Shown here: piece by piece, positions 51,400-63,380 of the stretch
How the letters are laid out: each line of letters opens with the position of its first letter
Position numbering within the stretch: the first letter of the stretch is position 1
From: Octopus sinensis
Lineage: Eukaryota
Length of the DNA stretch: 64,000 bases
Direction of reading: 5' to 3'
NCBI RefSeq assembly: GCF_006345805.1
Contig: NC_043006.1
Coordinates: 31,992,001-32,056,000 of the forward strand
Position numbers and translations under genes: made by a program
Notes under the pieces: generated by a model
The model's input: only the letters and a program-made list of their open reading frames with translations
What the model was told of the DNA's origin: nothing
Databases searched by the model: none

Positions 51400-52330
51400 T
51401 TTAAAAAGTTGATGCATATCTTTGGAAGAAATCATTGCTTTTTTCCCAGCGTAGGAGAGAATTTCTTTCTTCATTTTCACAGACTTCTTTCCAAAGATTT
51501 ATGGTATTTTCAAGGGGTTATCCCTTGGTTTGTTTCTTTATTTCCCTATGCATCTCCTCGTCAATGTTTTTATATTTTTCTTCATAAGTGGAGGCCCTAA
51601 GTCTTAGTAGTTCTACCTCTGATTTTAGATGGAATAGTGCTGATCTTTCCCTAATAGTCCTCTGTCCGTCAGGTTCATTAGGTATTGTTTTGATCTGGAA
51701 TTTGCGTGGGAGGATAATTGGTGTTGAGTTCATCCATCCCTCGTAGATATCTGCTTTGTTGGGATTTTTTATCATATTCCAGAAAGCGAGTTTTCTATTA
51801 TGGAGGTTTGTATTCCAAATGTTTTCTATTTTTCTTTTTGTTAGATTGACTTGTGTAAGTATGACGTCCTGGTGTGTTTCATTTGGTGTGCGCTGGTCGT
51901 TGTTCGGTTTGTTTGTGAATACCTATTTCTATTTCTTTATTACCCACAAGGGGCTAAACATAGAGGGGACAAACAAGGACAGACTTACGTATTAATTCGA
52001 TTACATCGACCCTAGTGTGTAACTGGTACTTATTTAATTGACCCCGAAAGGATGAAAGGCAAAGTCAACCTCGGCGGAATTTGAACTGAGAACGTAGCGG
52101 CAGACGAAATACTGCTAAGCATTTCGTCCGGCATGCTAACGATTCTGCCATCTCGCCGCCCTAATTTGTTTGTGAATACCGACTTTAGTGTTGTGCATAG
52201 TGTTCAAATCTTTACTAATTTGTTCTTGTTTTAAAATGAATTTGTTGAAGGTGTTGTGGATAGGTGGTTGTTGTTCATTGTTGGGTTTGTTAATGAAAAT
52301 TGAGTTGAGGGTTGTGCATAAAAGCTGTAA
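51400..52330 (-). pseudogene. Decayed ORF of an unidentified, probably retroelement-derived sequence, split by the SINE at 51924-52164
   Basis: Removing the SINE and one TSD gives about 140 uninterrupted codons (LCTTLKSVFTNKPNN...WNMIKNPNKADIYEGW...KQTKG). The same frame continues about 39 codons past a single TAA. Confidence 0.5.
51924..52164 (-). mobile_element. Young tRNA-derived SINE (22693 family) with an intact 16-bp TSD
   Basis: TSD tttgtttgtgaatacc at 51908-23 and 52165-80. Confidence 0.9.
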
Positions 52331-52388
52331 ATCATTTATTATATATTTTTTATATATCTAACCACGTGCTTTCACACACCAACTCTCT

Positions 52389-52441
<53 letters not shown>

Positions 52442-53348
52442 CACACACATACATGCATATATGAGAACAGGACGTCACCAATGGTGCAAATAACATGAAA
52501 AAAATGGAAAACAGAACAAGTAAACACAGAGAAATGACCCTTCATCAGTTGTCGTCTGTCTATCTACTCTTATGTATATTTTCTTGTGTCATTGATAATG
52601 GTGAGGCCACCAAGTTACTTGCAAGACAAGAAAAAGAAGATATGGTAATTTAGTAAAATACAGAGTAAAAGTATATAGAAATAGATTTTAATCTGTAGGA
52701 AAAACTGACTGAAATATTTTTTTTACTGCTTGCTGTTAGTCATTGATTGACCAGCCAATGTGGTAAAATAATATGGCTGGTAAAAAAAGCTTCAACATAA
52801 AATGTTTGTCTTGGCCAAGTAAGCCATGTAATTAAACCTGGTTCAATATTGACTAACAGCAGAATGTCTGGAGAACTTTCTTCTACTACTAGTGTTGTAA
52901 GGGAAAGCACAATTAGTTGAAGTCTAAAGCAAGAAAAACTTTACATGTATACTGTGGGAATATATACAAGGGATGTGTGTATACGGGAACAGATGTACAT
53001 ACAAATGAGTCTGCACATACAAGTGAATCTGCACCTCTGTGTATATATGATGTGACGATCCAGTTTACAGATGCTTTCAATTTGAAGGCTAGCTGCAAAG
53101 TGAGAACTTTGTTTATTTCTCATTGGCCAGTGACTAAAACTGGTTTCTCCTGTCCAACAAAATGGTTTGTGACCAAATAATGATGTCGTTTGTAATGAAA
53201 CATTTACCTCAACAGGAAGTAATCATTACACATCACTCAACTACCACAAGAGAGGCCTTCAATATGACAAAAAGAAGGTGACTGACCAAAGGAGATGGTT
53301 TGGAACTTGTTAGTTTCGAATTGCTTCAGTATAATTGGGATTTGCAAG

Positions 53349-53543
53349 TCATCTTTCCATCTCTAAATCTTCAGTGTTGTGTTCTTTTATGCTGGGTGAA
53401 GAAGATTTTCTGTAAAGCCACACTGTATCAATGCCAGTTCCTATTGTTTGGTATGGTTCCCAATCAGGAAAAGGAAATCTGCAGGCCACAACAGACATGC
53501 TGCTGTGCATTTCTTTATTTAGTTTGTCTTTTAGTGGCATCAT
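53349..53543 (-). CDS. ATPSCKMT: ATPSCKMT terminal exon 4 (MMPLKDKL...RFPFPDW...LEMER*)
   Basis: ctttcag acceptor; in-frame stop at 53349-51. Confidence 0.93.
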   Translation of the reverse strand: MMPLKDKLNKEMHSSMSVVACRFPFPDWEPYQTIGTGIDTVWLYRKSSSPSIKEHNTEDLEMER

Positions 53544-56500
53544 CTGAAAGAACAAGAAATGAAATGATAATGATATTGGACTTAAAAACAAACATCTATT
53601 CTCGTTTATCACTGATTCATTCATCACTGATCTGGGACAACATGGTACACTCAACTGTGAATAGCCTCCTTTATTCATTTATCCCTGATTGATTTAACAT
53701 GGTTTCTTTTTGGAACCAAACATTTGTGATAAACGAGGATGTATGAATGAGTTTCAGACAAATGTGCTGTAAGTCTACCAACAAGATACAATCACCTTAC
53801 CTTAACCCTGCGACAATGAGGCATAAAATAAGAAATGATGATGACACTTTGGGAGTTCATTCAACAACAGTGATTAGGTTCTGGTGAAAGATTACCAACA
53901 AATATGGTTATAAGTTCATATAATGATTGGCTTTGATCTGTCTTTTAGTAAACAGACACCGTTCCTACTTCACAGCTGAGGTGTTGACAGAATGGAAGTT
54001 GTCAAATGTAATACTTGAGCTCTAAATACAGGTCCAGTTTTATTACAAAACTTTACCATTTATTTTAACATAATGGCAAAATGGATGTAAAAGATCATCA
54101 CCATCACCATTTAATGTCCACTTTCCCATGCTTGTATAAGTTGGATGGAGTTTATAATAATAATAAGAAGAATCATCCTTTCTACTAAAGGCACAAGGCC
54201 TGAAATTTTGGGGGAAGGGGACTAGTTGATTACATCGACCCCAATGAAACACTGGTACTTAATTTATTGACCCCGAAAGGATGAAAGGCAAAGTTAACCT
54301 CAGTGGAATTTGAACTCAGAATGTAAAGATAGACAAAATGCCATAACCCTTTTGTTACTGTATTTATTTTGAGATGCTCTGTGTTTCTTTCAATTACTTT
54401 AAATATAATAAAGAATTTAGTAAAATAACTTGGTTATCATTAAGCTAATGTTAGAAACATAAATTGTGACTAAGGTTTAGTGGAAGATTTTATTTCAAAA
54501 CTTATGAAAACAAGACATTTGTACTCAGAGCCAGAGCCGGTTTCAGCAGGGTTGGTAATGAAAGGGCTAAAGCATTTTGCCTGGCATGCTAAATTTTCTG
54601 CCAGCTTGCTGTCTTAATATATGATGATAATAATAATAATAAAGCTATCTACTATAGGCACAAGGCCCGGAATTTGTGGGGAGAGGACTGGTTGATTATA
54701 TCAACCCCAAAAGGATGAAAGGCAAAGTTTATCTCAGTGGAATTTGAATTCAGAATGTAAAGACGTATGAAATGCCACTAAGCATTTTGTCCAGCAGGCT
54801 AATGATTCTGTCAGCTTGCCGACTTAATATATAATATATAATAATGATAATAATAATAAATTTTTTTCCACAAGGGCAGCTTGGGGGAAGTGGGGATGAG
54901 TCGATTACATTGACCCCAGTGTTCAACTGGTACTTATTTTATTGACCCTGAAAGGATGTATAGTGATGTCGGTATGTGACATCCTATAATTTAATAAGCA
55001 TGAGAGAAAGAGGGCTCACCATCTTGTACATAACGACAAGAAAATAAGAATCTGCAAGACGTTTGTAAAAAGTCACAACATATTTATTACTGGATGTAAT
55101 TCGTTAACATATAAGGTTAATTGAAGGAAAAGCTTGTAACATCACATGAGCATATTTTGCAACCACGTTTCAAAGCAAAGGAGGTGAACATAAGTGCATG
55201 TGGGTGTTTATGCGAGTGGTGTGATTCAATGCATGTCTAGGAACTGACAGGCAAGAATGGCGCAAAATTAGAAATGTGTTCCCTTATATATAGGATGAAC
55301 TGGAAGTTAATTGGAATCGTCTAGAATGTTGAGGGAGATTACTCTTGTTAAATCCCATTTTTTATGTTGCTTTCCTGCTTGACCACCAGGGGTCACTACA
55401 GGTGAAAAGCAAAGTCGACCTTGGTAGAATTTGAACTCAGAATGTAGCGACAGGCAAAATACCGCTATGCATTTTGCCCGGCTTGCTAACGATTCTGCCA
55501 GCTCACCACCTTAATATATAATAATAAGAATAATTTCTTACATGGGCACCAGGCTAATGTATAATCATTTTTAATACAGCACAAAACCAGGAAATTATGT
55601 CTGTAGTAAGATTTAAATTTGGACTGTGTGGTTAATAAGTTCAAACTTTGTTACAACCACTGCACTGTGGCCCTTGAGCAAGAATTCCACTTTGCTAAGA
55701 CTTCTTAACAAAATAGAAAAGCAAGCTTTTTTCATAGCTGGGTGGTTATTTGTAATGGGAAAGTCATTCATCTGGAAAAAATATTTGTTCAACAAAAGAA
55801 ATGAATCTTGCTCAAGTGGTAATTTGTGGGTCTCTACTGAGTCACTTGTCTTGCTGGAAAAAGCAGCTTAATTTCATCAGTCACATTCACCTGCCCCATA
55901 AAAAGGAAGGACCCAATGAATATTGTTGTCTAAAAAAGAAAGATGATGAGTGGTCATGGGTGGAACAGATCTGGTTGATCAAGGCTGATCTACAGCCAAA
56001 CAACAATTATCTTATTCATACAAACATGGGAGAAGGAACATAAAAACACTCCACTTCTTGATGTGGTGTGGTCCTTAATAACCCAAGAGCTTAATTGTGT
56101 ACCTCAGTATCTTGAGAGCTATGCCAGCAGAGTGCAAGCTTCTGGTAGGACCTTCTAAGCTGGATGTGTTAAAGGACAAGGGTCAGACTAAGACGGTCCA
56201 CCTCTTCCCAGGAGTAAAAATGGGTTTACCTAGGGCCAACATTCCAATCAAGATAAAAAACAAAGTTACAGAAGCATCGATGATAATTCAAAATGAAAAA
56301 GCTCTGGGAGAGGAGAAGATAGTCCAGACTGATAAACAGTGGAGGAATGTTACTGATGGCCTGTGCTCCCTAAGGAGTGAAAGTTTAAGTAAATATCAAC
56401 AAACATTATTTAAAATAAACATGTAAAGCTCACCATTTGTTCCACTCCAAAGATTACAATATTATCAAACTCTGACAAATCAGTCTGAAAATACATAAAG

Positions 56501-59500
56501 AAATAACAATGAAAATGGCAATAAAGGTTTCCAATAGAAGCAGAAAATATGAAGACTAAAAAGTTTTTAGAATGTAAAGGAAGTGAAAGTTTTGTTTTTT
56601 TAAATAATTTAGTCAGGAAGAAAGGTCAGTATCTGTGGTCATTATTGGTCCTTTCAGGCTGGTGAGATTGATGTGCCCTACATGAAGAACTTACTTAGGA
56701 ACAAGATTCCAGAGGATTGACCCTCTGGAGAAGAAGGAATTGCTGTCATTGTTGATCACAGCTGGAACCACTTTCATGAGGCTGCTTGATGAGGGCTGAC
56801 CTTGTATGAAACCAGAATATGAAGACGTAGAGAGCTGTAGAATAAGCAACAGACTCAGAAAATAAGTCCTAAGGTTGATTCATTTGACTAAAACCATTCA
56901 AAGCTGTGCCCCAGCTGGCCACAGTCCAATGACTGAGACAAGTAAAAACTAAAATACTTTCAGATATAAATATATACATTGTTCAACCCATGCCAGCATA
57001 GAAATCGGATGTTAAATGATGAGGATTCGAAGAGAAATGTTTCTATACAAAAGACCTACCTTCCACAAGTCCTGCCTTACAAAACCAGCTCGTTGGTTCA
57101 ATCCTAATCGCCATGACCTAAACTTAGAGTAGAGCACCAACCAGATATTGAGCTCAACACCTGTTGCCTTGAAACCATGCTTTGCTGCTTCTAACACCTG
57201 AAGTAAAGAACAAAGCAAGACCTTATTTACATTTAATGGATATTTATCCTCATCTTGTTTGTTGTTAACACAACATTTCGGCTGGGGAAATTTCAAACCT
57301 GGGTTCTCATTCCTAAGGTATTTTTCAATGTTATTATTATTATTATTATTATTATTCAGGTCACTGCCTGGAATCGAACTTGGAATCATGGTGTTAGTAG
57401 CCCGTGCTCTTAACCACTACGCCATACACCTGTGGGTATATCAGCCGAAACGTGTTAACAACAAACAGAATGAGGACAAATATCCATGAAATGTAAATAA
57501 TGAAAATAATTCAGGAGAGTAATAAATAAATAAAAGTGCAATGAGGGTGGGGTAGTTATTGGTAATCAGTGGAATGGTCATCTTCTGGATGTTTTGTGTA
57601 TGTAGCAGCAGCACTGTCCCAGATGTGGGTGTTGAAGAAGTCTTTGGCTCTGAAGAAGGATGTGGGTTTAGCTATATGTTTGTGGGGTCACCAGGATTTG
57701 AACCCAGACTGTAAGGATGCAAATTACATACTATTTAGTTGCATCTCTTTGATTTCTTAGTTTAATCTTTCACCATTCAGGTTATTCTGTTAAATGCAAT
57801 GTTTATTTATTTACATTGTTTACAATGAATCCTGCTTTATGTCGTAGCTTCGAGTTTTGCTGATGCCATCATCACCATCATCATCGTCATCTCACATCCA
57901 TTTTCCATGCTGATATTGTTTTGGATGGTTTGACTGAGGATTGGCAACCGAGGACGCTGCAACAGGCTCCCATCAGATTTGACAAGGTTTCTACAGCTAG
58001 ATGCCATTCCTAATGCTAACCACTCTGAGAGTGTAGTGGGTGCATTTTATGTGCCACTGACATGGGAGCCAATCAGGTGGAACTGGCATCGGCCATGCTC
58101 GAATGGTGCTTTTTACATGCCACCAGTACAGGAGCCAGTTAGGTGGAACTGGCATCAGCCACGACTATGATTCCATTTGGTTCAATGGGTCTTCACAAGC
58201 ACAGCATATTTCCCGATGATTGAGGGGTGCTTTTAAATGGGCCAATCGTGCCAGTGTCTTCTCAAGCACAACGCATCTCCAAAGGTTTCACTTGTCATTG
58301 CCTGTGAGGCTTAACATTCACCACCTCATCCCATGTCTTCCAGGGTGTACATCTTCCACAGGTTCCCTCCACTGTTAGGGTGTGACACTTTTTCACACAG
58401 CTGTCCTCATCCACAAGCAACACATGACCATACCAGTGCAGAGTCTCTCTTGCACACTGCATCTGATGTTCAACTTTTCTCTCAGGGCACTTACACTCTG
58501 TCATGTATGCACACTGACATTACACATCCAGTGGAGCATACTAACTTGATTTCTTTCAAGTCTATCATCATCATCATAATTGTTTAACGTCCGCTTTCCA
58601 TGCTGGCATGGGCTGGACGATTTGACTGAGGACTGGCAAACCAGATGGCTGTACCAGGCTCCAATCTTGATCTGGCAGAGTTTCTACAGCTGGATGCCCT
58701 TCATAACGCCAACCACTCCAAGAGTGTAGTGGGTGCTTTTACATGCCACCAGCACGAGGGCCAGTCAGGCGGTACGTGCTTGTTTATTTTTAGAATGACA
58801 TTGTAGGGTAGGCATAAGAAGTCAGATATAGCCAGTTTGGACATAAAACAGGGAGAATGCTTTGGTTGGATTAAGTGCTAAAGTGTTAAATTCTGATATG
58901 GTCAAGTTAATGAATGGACCTCTGCTGCATAATCACTTTACATTTTTCAGGATATAGCATCCAAACCTCCTTCAAATTGCACCTTACTGTCTTAAATGAA
59001 GGGAAGAGCACATAAGATAATGTAGTGCAAGGTAACCCAGACCCCGAAAAAAGGGCAAGATGGTTATGGCTGGGTTGTTCTGGGTCATAAGCTTGCCTAG
59101 TCAGGGTTGATTGCAACTAAACAACAAATCTTGCTGAGGTTGATTTTGCCTTTCATCATTATAAAGTCAACAAGAGCACAAACCTCTGCCAAGGCAACAG
59201 CAACGTTCTCTCAATAATTAGCCAGAGATGATTTTTAAAATGAGAATATCTGAAATAATCTCGACTGCTCTCACAAACGACAATACTAAAATTGGACCTG
59301 ATCGCTCTCAAAAATTAAGTAAAAAAACCGGAAAAATAATCCAGAATCCTTGTCCGGTATCTGATCGATCCCAACGGTGGTCATGGAATGAGGGCTGGGT
59401 TTGTAAAGCTGTGTGTGTGTGTGTCATCTGCAGTGGAAACAGGGACAGTTTTCTCTATGAAATCCTTTTTTGTGTATTCACTGATATAGAGTATTCACTG

Positions 59501-62417
59501 ATATAGAGGTTGTCTTATAACATTTAGCTTTCCTGGCTGGAGGTCATCTTGGGAGGGCCACTCAGCCTTCTGGTAATTTTCATGATCAGCCTTATCGCCC
59601 CATAGGCAAAAAAACACGAATGCTTAGTGTACCCACCCTGTAATCCAAGTAAGAAGGCAAACATTTTAAAGTTGCCACAAACATCCTATTTAAACTTATC
59701 ATAGTTTACTTTCTCAAGAAGCTCTTTTACATTGTCATATTCTTCCATCATCTGTATCGAGTATGCAATAGACAGGGATGGATGCTGATTTCCATTGTGT
59801 AATAAAGCGGCTTTGAGGCTTTTTGTTGAGCTATGAAAAGTCACCATTCTTCAGGGCTGTGATCAATTCCAATAGCTGTAAACAAGCCATTAATATCTTT
59901 GCAGAAACAGAAATCCTTACTTATGTCAAAGTATACTTTGAATTCCTCATGGCGCCTCCTGTATACTGTTAGTCTGCAGTCCTTCCCCAAGAGATACCAT
60001 TCATTCAACCTGGATGCTAAAAGCTCAGCTCCTGACTTAGTGAGACTCAAGTCCCTAATGAGATTATCCAGTTCACATTGATTTGGAAAGTGTGGGCAAG
60101 TACCTGTTCCTGGCTCAAATGTTTCATTCATTTCTTCATTGTCACCACTTTCAGACTCTCCTTCTGGGACCTTCATCATATCCTCTACTTGAAAAATTTA
60201 AAAGTTGCATTTAATAGTTGAAACCTTAATAAGAATTTCATGTGCTACCACATATTATTTCAAAATTGATTCTGTTACCATGAATGAAATTTAAATTTGT
60301 TATTAACACTTTGATAGGATGTACTAACATTTTCTGGCAGTAGGGGAACCGGTAAGTTTTCATCATGTGGCACAAGTGCAATAGAGGATTGAATGCTGGA
60401 ATATGGAAGGGCTTTTCTTCCCTTAACTCTTTGTACTTTGATATATCAACCATTCAAAAATAGCAATCATCATCATGATTTTTTGGCTCTCGCCAAACTC
60501 TCGGAACAGCAAAAGGTATTACTTTTCTAGCACCGCTAAGCCATCCATCCAAATTTGATCTACAAGTTCCACATATCACATGAGGGGCCCATAGTTTTCC
60601 TTGGTCACCCATACTCATTCCAAAATACAGTCTATAAGCAATCCAGTACTTAGCATCCTTCACAATTTTATATGCTGCATGCTTTATTCCAACATAGTAT
60701 CCACACACATAGCAACATATACCTGGTGAATTTCTGCATTCTCTTGTAGCTGTGGTCAGGAAAATTCAATGTTTACAATAAAATCCTGAAATGGAAATGT
60801 GACAAATGTACAATGTTCGTGATTAAACAGTGATCAAATAGGTATAGCCCCAAAACCAAATGGAACGCTGGACAAAAGATGGAGAGGTGAGAAACAAAAG
60901 CGCAACACTTCCTTTCACTAGTTATGGTAACCACGAGTACTGGGACATCTCTGTTGAGTCTGTTGTGTGTAACAGAAGCCGGTGATGACACTGCCTTTTC
61001 ACTTAAATCTTTCAATGCTTTTATACGAATAATGGAGGTAAAATATAAACTTTAAGAATGAATGATTTATTGATAGAGTAGAAAAATGTTTTACATCAAG
61101 AGTTACGTTACGCAACAACCGGTGATTAAGTGATGTTAGAGATTTTGTTTACACAGACAGTTGCCAGATGTTTGATGATATGTGTATATTAGTGTAATTC
61201 GACATATCTCGCAAACGGTCAATAGCAGAGAAAAAATAAACACATTTTTGGAATCAGCATAAAATTCTGCATTAAAATGACTCAAAACAATAAGACAACT
61301 AAAACTTTTGTGAAAATTTGTAACCCAGTGTTATTTTGTCGCTTTAAAAGCAATGCCCCTTCACGCTGTGAGTTCAAATCCCGCTCTCGATCTATTTAGC
61401 TTTACATTCTTCCGAGGTCGATGAGAAACACTGCACCTTAGAAGCGCTCCAGCAAAGCGACATTTCAATGACTGGAACCAATAACAGAATCTACATTATT
61501 CTGTTAAGGTTTACGTGTGTAACTCTAGAACGAAACTGAAGATATTAGCTACGTTGTTAGTATGGTCCGGTATAACTACGTTGGTTATTGGCAACACTTT
61601 AGCAAAATTTTAAAGTTCTGGACTACATCCTTATTTTCAAATCAGAGAAAAGTTCATAAGGTTGGGCTTCGCTTAGTAGGACCCACAGTGAGGATAACTA
61701 TTGTACTTCGGGCACCGGGGTCCACAATTCCACTAAACGAAACTTAGTACTTACTGCTCTGAGGTAGTGATTCCACAAAAGAATTCCAACAAACTTATCG
61801 CTTTCAATATAACCGCGTAATTTCCACGCATAAGGTGCCCAGCGTGTGCTGGGGTCGACTTAATTGACTCTATCTTCTCGCACAAATTTCTAACCTACAG
61901 TATTTACATTTTAATAAAGCGAAGACCATAGTTTTGCTGTTCTCGTTAACCTGTCATTTTATAATTGTTTTTGAGACGATGAAAAAGATTTGATTGCTAC
62001 TTTTAACAGGTAAAAAGACAATAAAGAAACTCCATCTGTTGTACGGACCAGAAGTTGTTTCATCAAATGTTTAGGTGGAAGGTTACATTAAAATACAAAA
62101 TTAGCAAGATGAGGAATGTTTAAAGTAGAAAGATAGATCGAACTTACAATGCGACCGTCACCACTGCCAATGTCAAGTAAGGTCCCACCACCCGAGCCTT
62201 TTAATGCCCTCATCACATTTTGAACTTGAGTCGTGGTTGCTGGGACGAAGGGAAGGCACACTTTACGAAGAGCTGGTGACAAGAAAGGTGTTACCACCGC
62301 ATAGAAACCCACAGCTATCGCACCTGATATTCCTAATATTGTTGCCCCAGTCGTAGTTAATTTATATTTCGTGTTTATATTCTTATTTTCAGCAGATATT
62401 ACCTCAACATCACTCAT
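53349..62417 (-). CDS. ATPSCKMT: ATP synthase subunit c lysine N-methyltransferase (ATPSCKMT/FAM173B ortholog), spliced CDS complement(join(53349..53543,56434..56484,57060..57197,62148..62417)), 217 aa
   Basis: Four phase-0 GT-AG exons. N-terminal hydrophobic anchor, then PALRKVCLPFVPAT, SAM-binding DIGSGDGRIV, GVELNIWLV, IVIFGVEQMM, VVACRFPFPDW and GIDTVWLY. These are closer to FAM173B than to FAM173A/ANTKMT. Confidence 0.95.
56434..56484 (-). CDS. ATPSCKMT: ATPSCKMT exon 3 (TDLSEFDNIVIFGVEQM), 51 nt, absent from the ORF track
   Basis: attttcag acceptor; donor ATG|gtgagc; matches human VTFSQYSNVVIFGVPQM. Confidence 0.93.
57060..57197 (-). CDS. ATPSCKMT: ATPSCKMT exon 2 (VLEAAKHGF...RQDLWK)
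   Basis: cttcag acceptor; donor AAG|gtaggt. Confidence 0.95.
57223..57502 (-). mobile_element. Second composite tRNA-head / Penelope-like-tail element (57223-57428, -) with an inverted partial tail (about 57433-57502, +), in ATPSCKMT intron 1
   Basis: Consensus A box TGGCGTAGTGG (57414-24), B box GTTCGATTCC (57370-79), (AAT)n spacer, tail ...cagccgaaatgttgtgttaacaacaaacaagatgagg. Confidence 0.72.
57870..58560 (-). mobile_element. RTE-like LINE 3' portion (ORF2 C-terminus plus 3' UTR)
   Basis: WYGHV...VEGTCGR...WDEVV remnant, homologous to 30680-31450. Confidence 0.82.
59497..61330 (-). mobile_element. 3'-truncated, decayed Chapaev3-like (CMC superfamily) DNA transposon in ATPSCKMT intron 1
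   Basis: Terminus CACTGGGTTAC after TAA (TWA-type site). Transposase remnants C(R)NSP..CY.CG, GDQGKLWAPHVICGTC, VPRVWREPKNHDDDCYF, ELDNLIRDLSLTKSGAELLASRL, SLKAALLHNGN and LLGLQGGYTKHSCF. Superfamily assignment is from recalled motifs. Confidence 0.72.
62148..62417 (-). CDS. ATPSCKMT: ATPSCKMT exon 1 (MSDVEV...DIGSGDGRI)
   Basis: accATG start; donor ATT|gtaagt. Confidence 0.95.
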
Positions 62418-62549
62418 GGTGCTTTTAAGGACGAAGCGTGCTTCAAGTGTAAAGTCTATAAATAGTGAACTGTAATTATCTCCCTTGTATTTCAGGGTAA
62501 AGCTTTGTCGATCTTTCTTCTAAGACATGTGTTTCGAAATAGCCTTATA

Positions 62550-62587
<38 letters not shown>

Positions 62588-62705
62588 TATACATAAATAT
62601 ATATATATATGTACATAATATATATAAATATATACACACACATATACTATATATATACATAAACATATATATGTATATATATAAATATATACACACGCAC
62701 ATATA

Positions 62706-62755
62706 CTAGCAGAGATACCCGGCGTTGCTCGGGATTAAAATGGCATAGTTTTTAA
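62706..62755 (-). mobile_element. Helitron 3' end, truncated by a SINE
   Basis: Reverse complement aatCCCGagcaacgcCGGGtatctctgCTAG. Confidence 0.6.
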
Positions 62756-63059
62756 TTGTGTTACTTGTTTCAGTCATGTGACTGCGGCCACGCTGGAGCA
62801 CCGCCTTTATTCGAAGAAATCGACCCCAGGATTTCTTCTTTGTAAGCCTAGTACTTATTCTATCGGTGTCTTTTGCCGAATCACTAAGTTACGGAGACGT
62901 AAACGCAGTAACATTGGTTGCCGAGCGATGGTGGGGACACACACACATACACGAAAGTCTTCTTTCAGTTTCCGTGTAAGAAATCCACTCCAAAGGTTTT
63001 GGTTGGCATGCTGTGCTTGAGGAGACCTATCGAGTCAAGTACAGAAACATCAAAATGAA

Positions 63060-63380
63060 AATTAAATGGAAATTGTAGTTGTGATCTCCGTGCTGGAGGC
63101 AAGTAAAAAGTATCATCTGAATGTGGTCGATGCCAGCGCTGCCTTCTGTGCCGACCGAATGTAGCCGTTGCCAGCTCCCTCTGGCTCCTGTCAGTGGCAA
63201 GTAAAAAGCACCCACTACACTCATGGAGTGGTTGGCGTTAGGAAGGGCATCCAGCTGTAGAAACACTGCCAGATCAGACTGGGGCTTGGTGCAGCCTCCT
63301 GGCTTCCCAGACCCCAGTCAAACTGTCCAACCCATGCTAGCATGGAAAACAGACGTTAAATGACGACGACGACGATGATG
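63060..63380 (+). mobile_element. RTE-type 3' tail copy
   Basis: Same family as 2645-2970; ends gacgttaaatgacgacgacgacgatgatg. Confidence 0.8.

Noticed and set aside
52917-53180. 87-aa plus-strand ORF in the presumed ATPSCKMT 3' UTR
   Set aside because: No recognisable domain; contains short 18-bp repeats and is antisense to a UTR.
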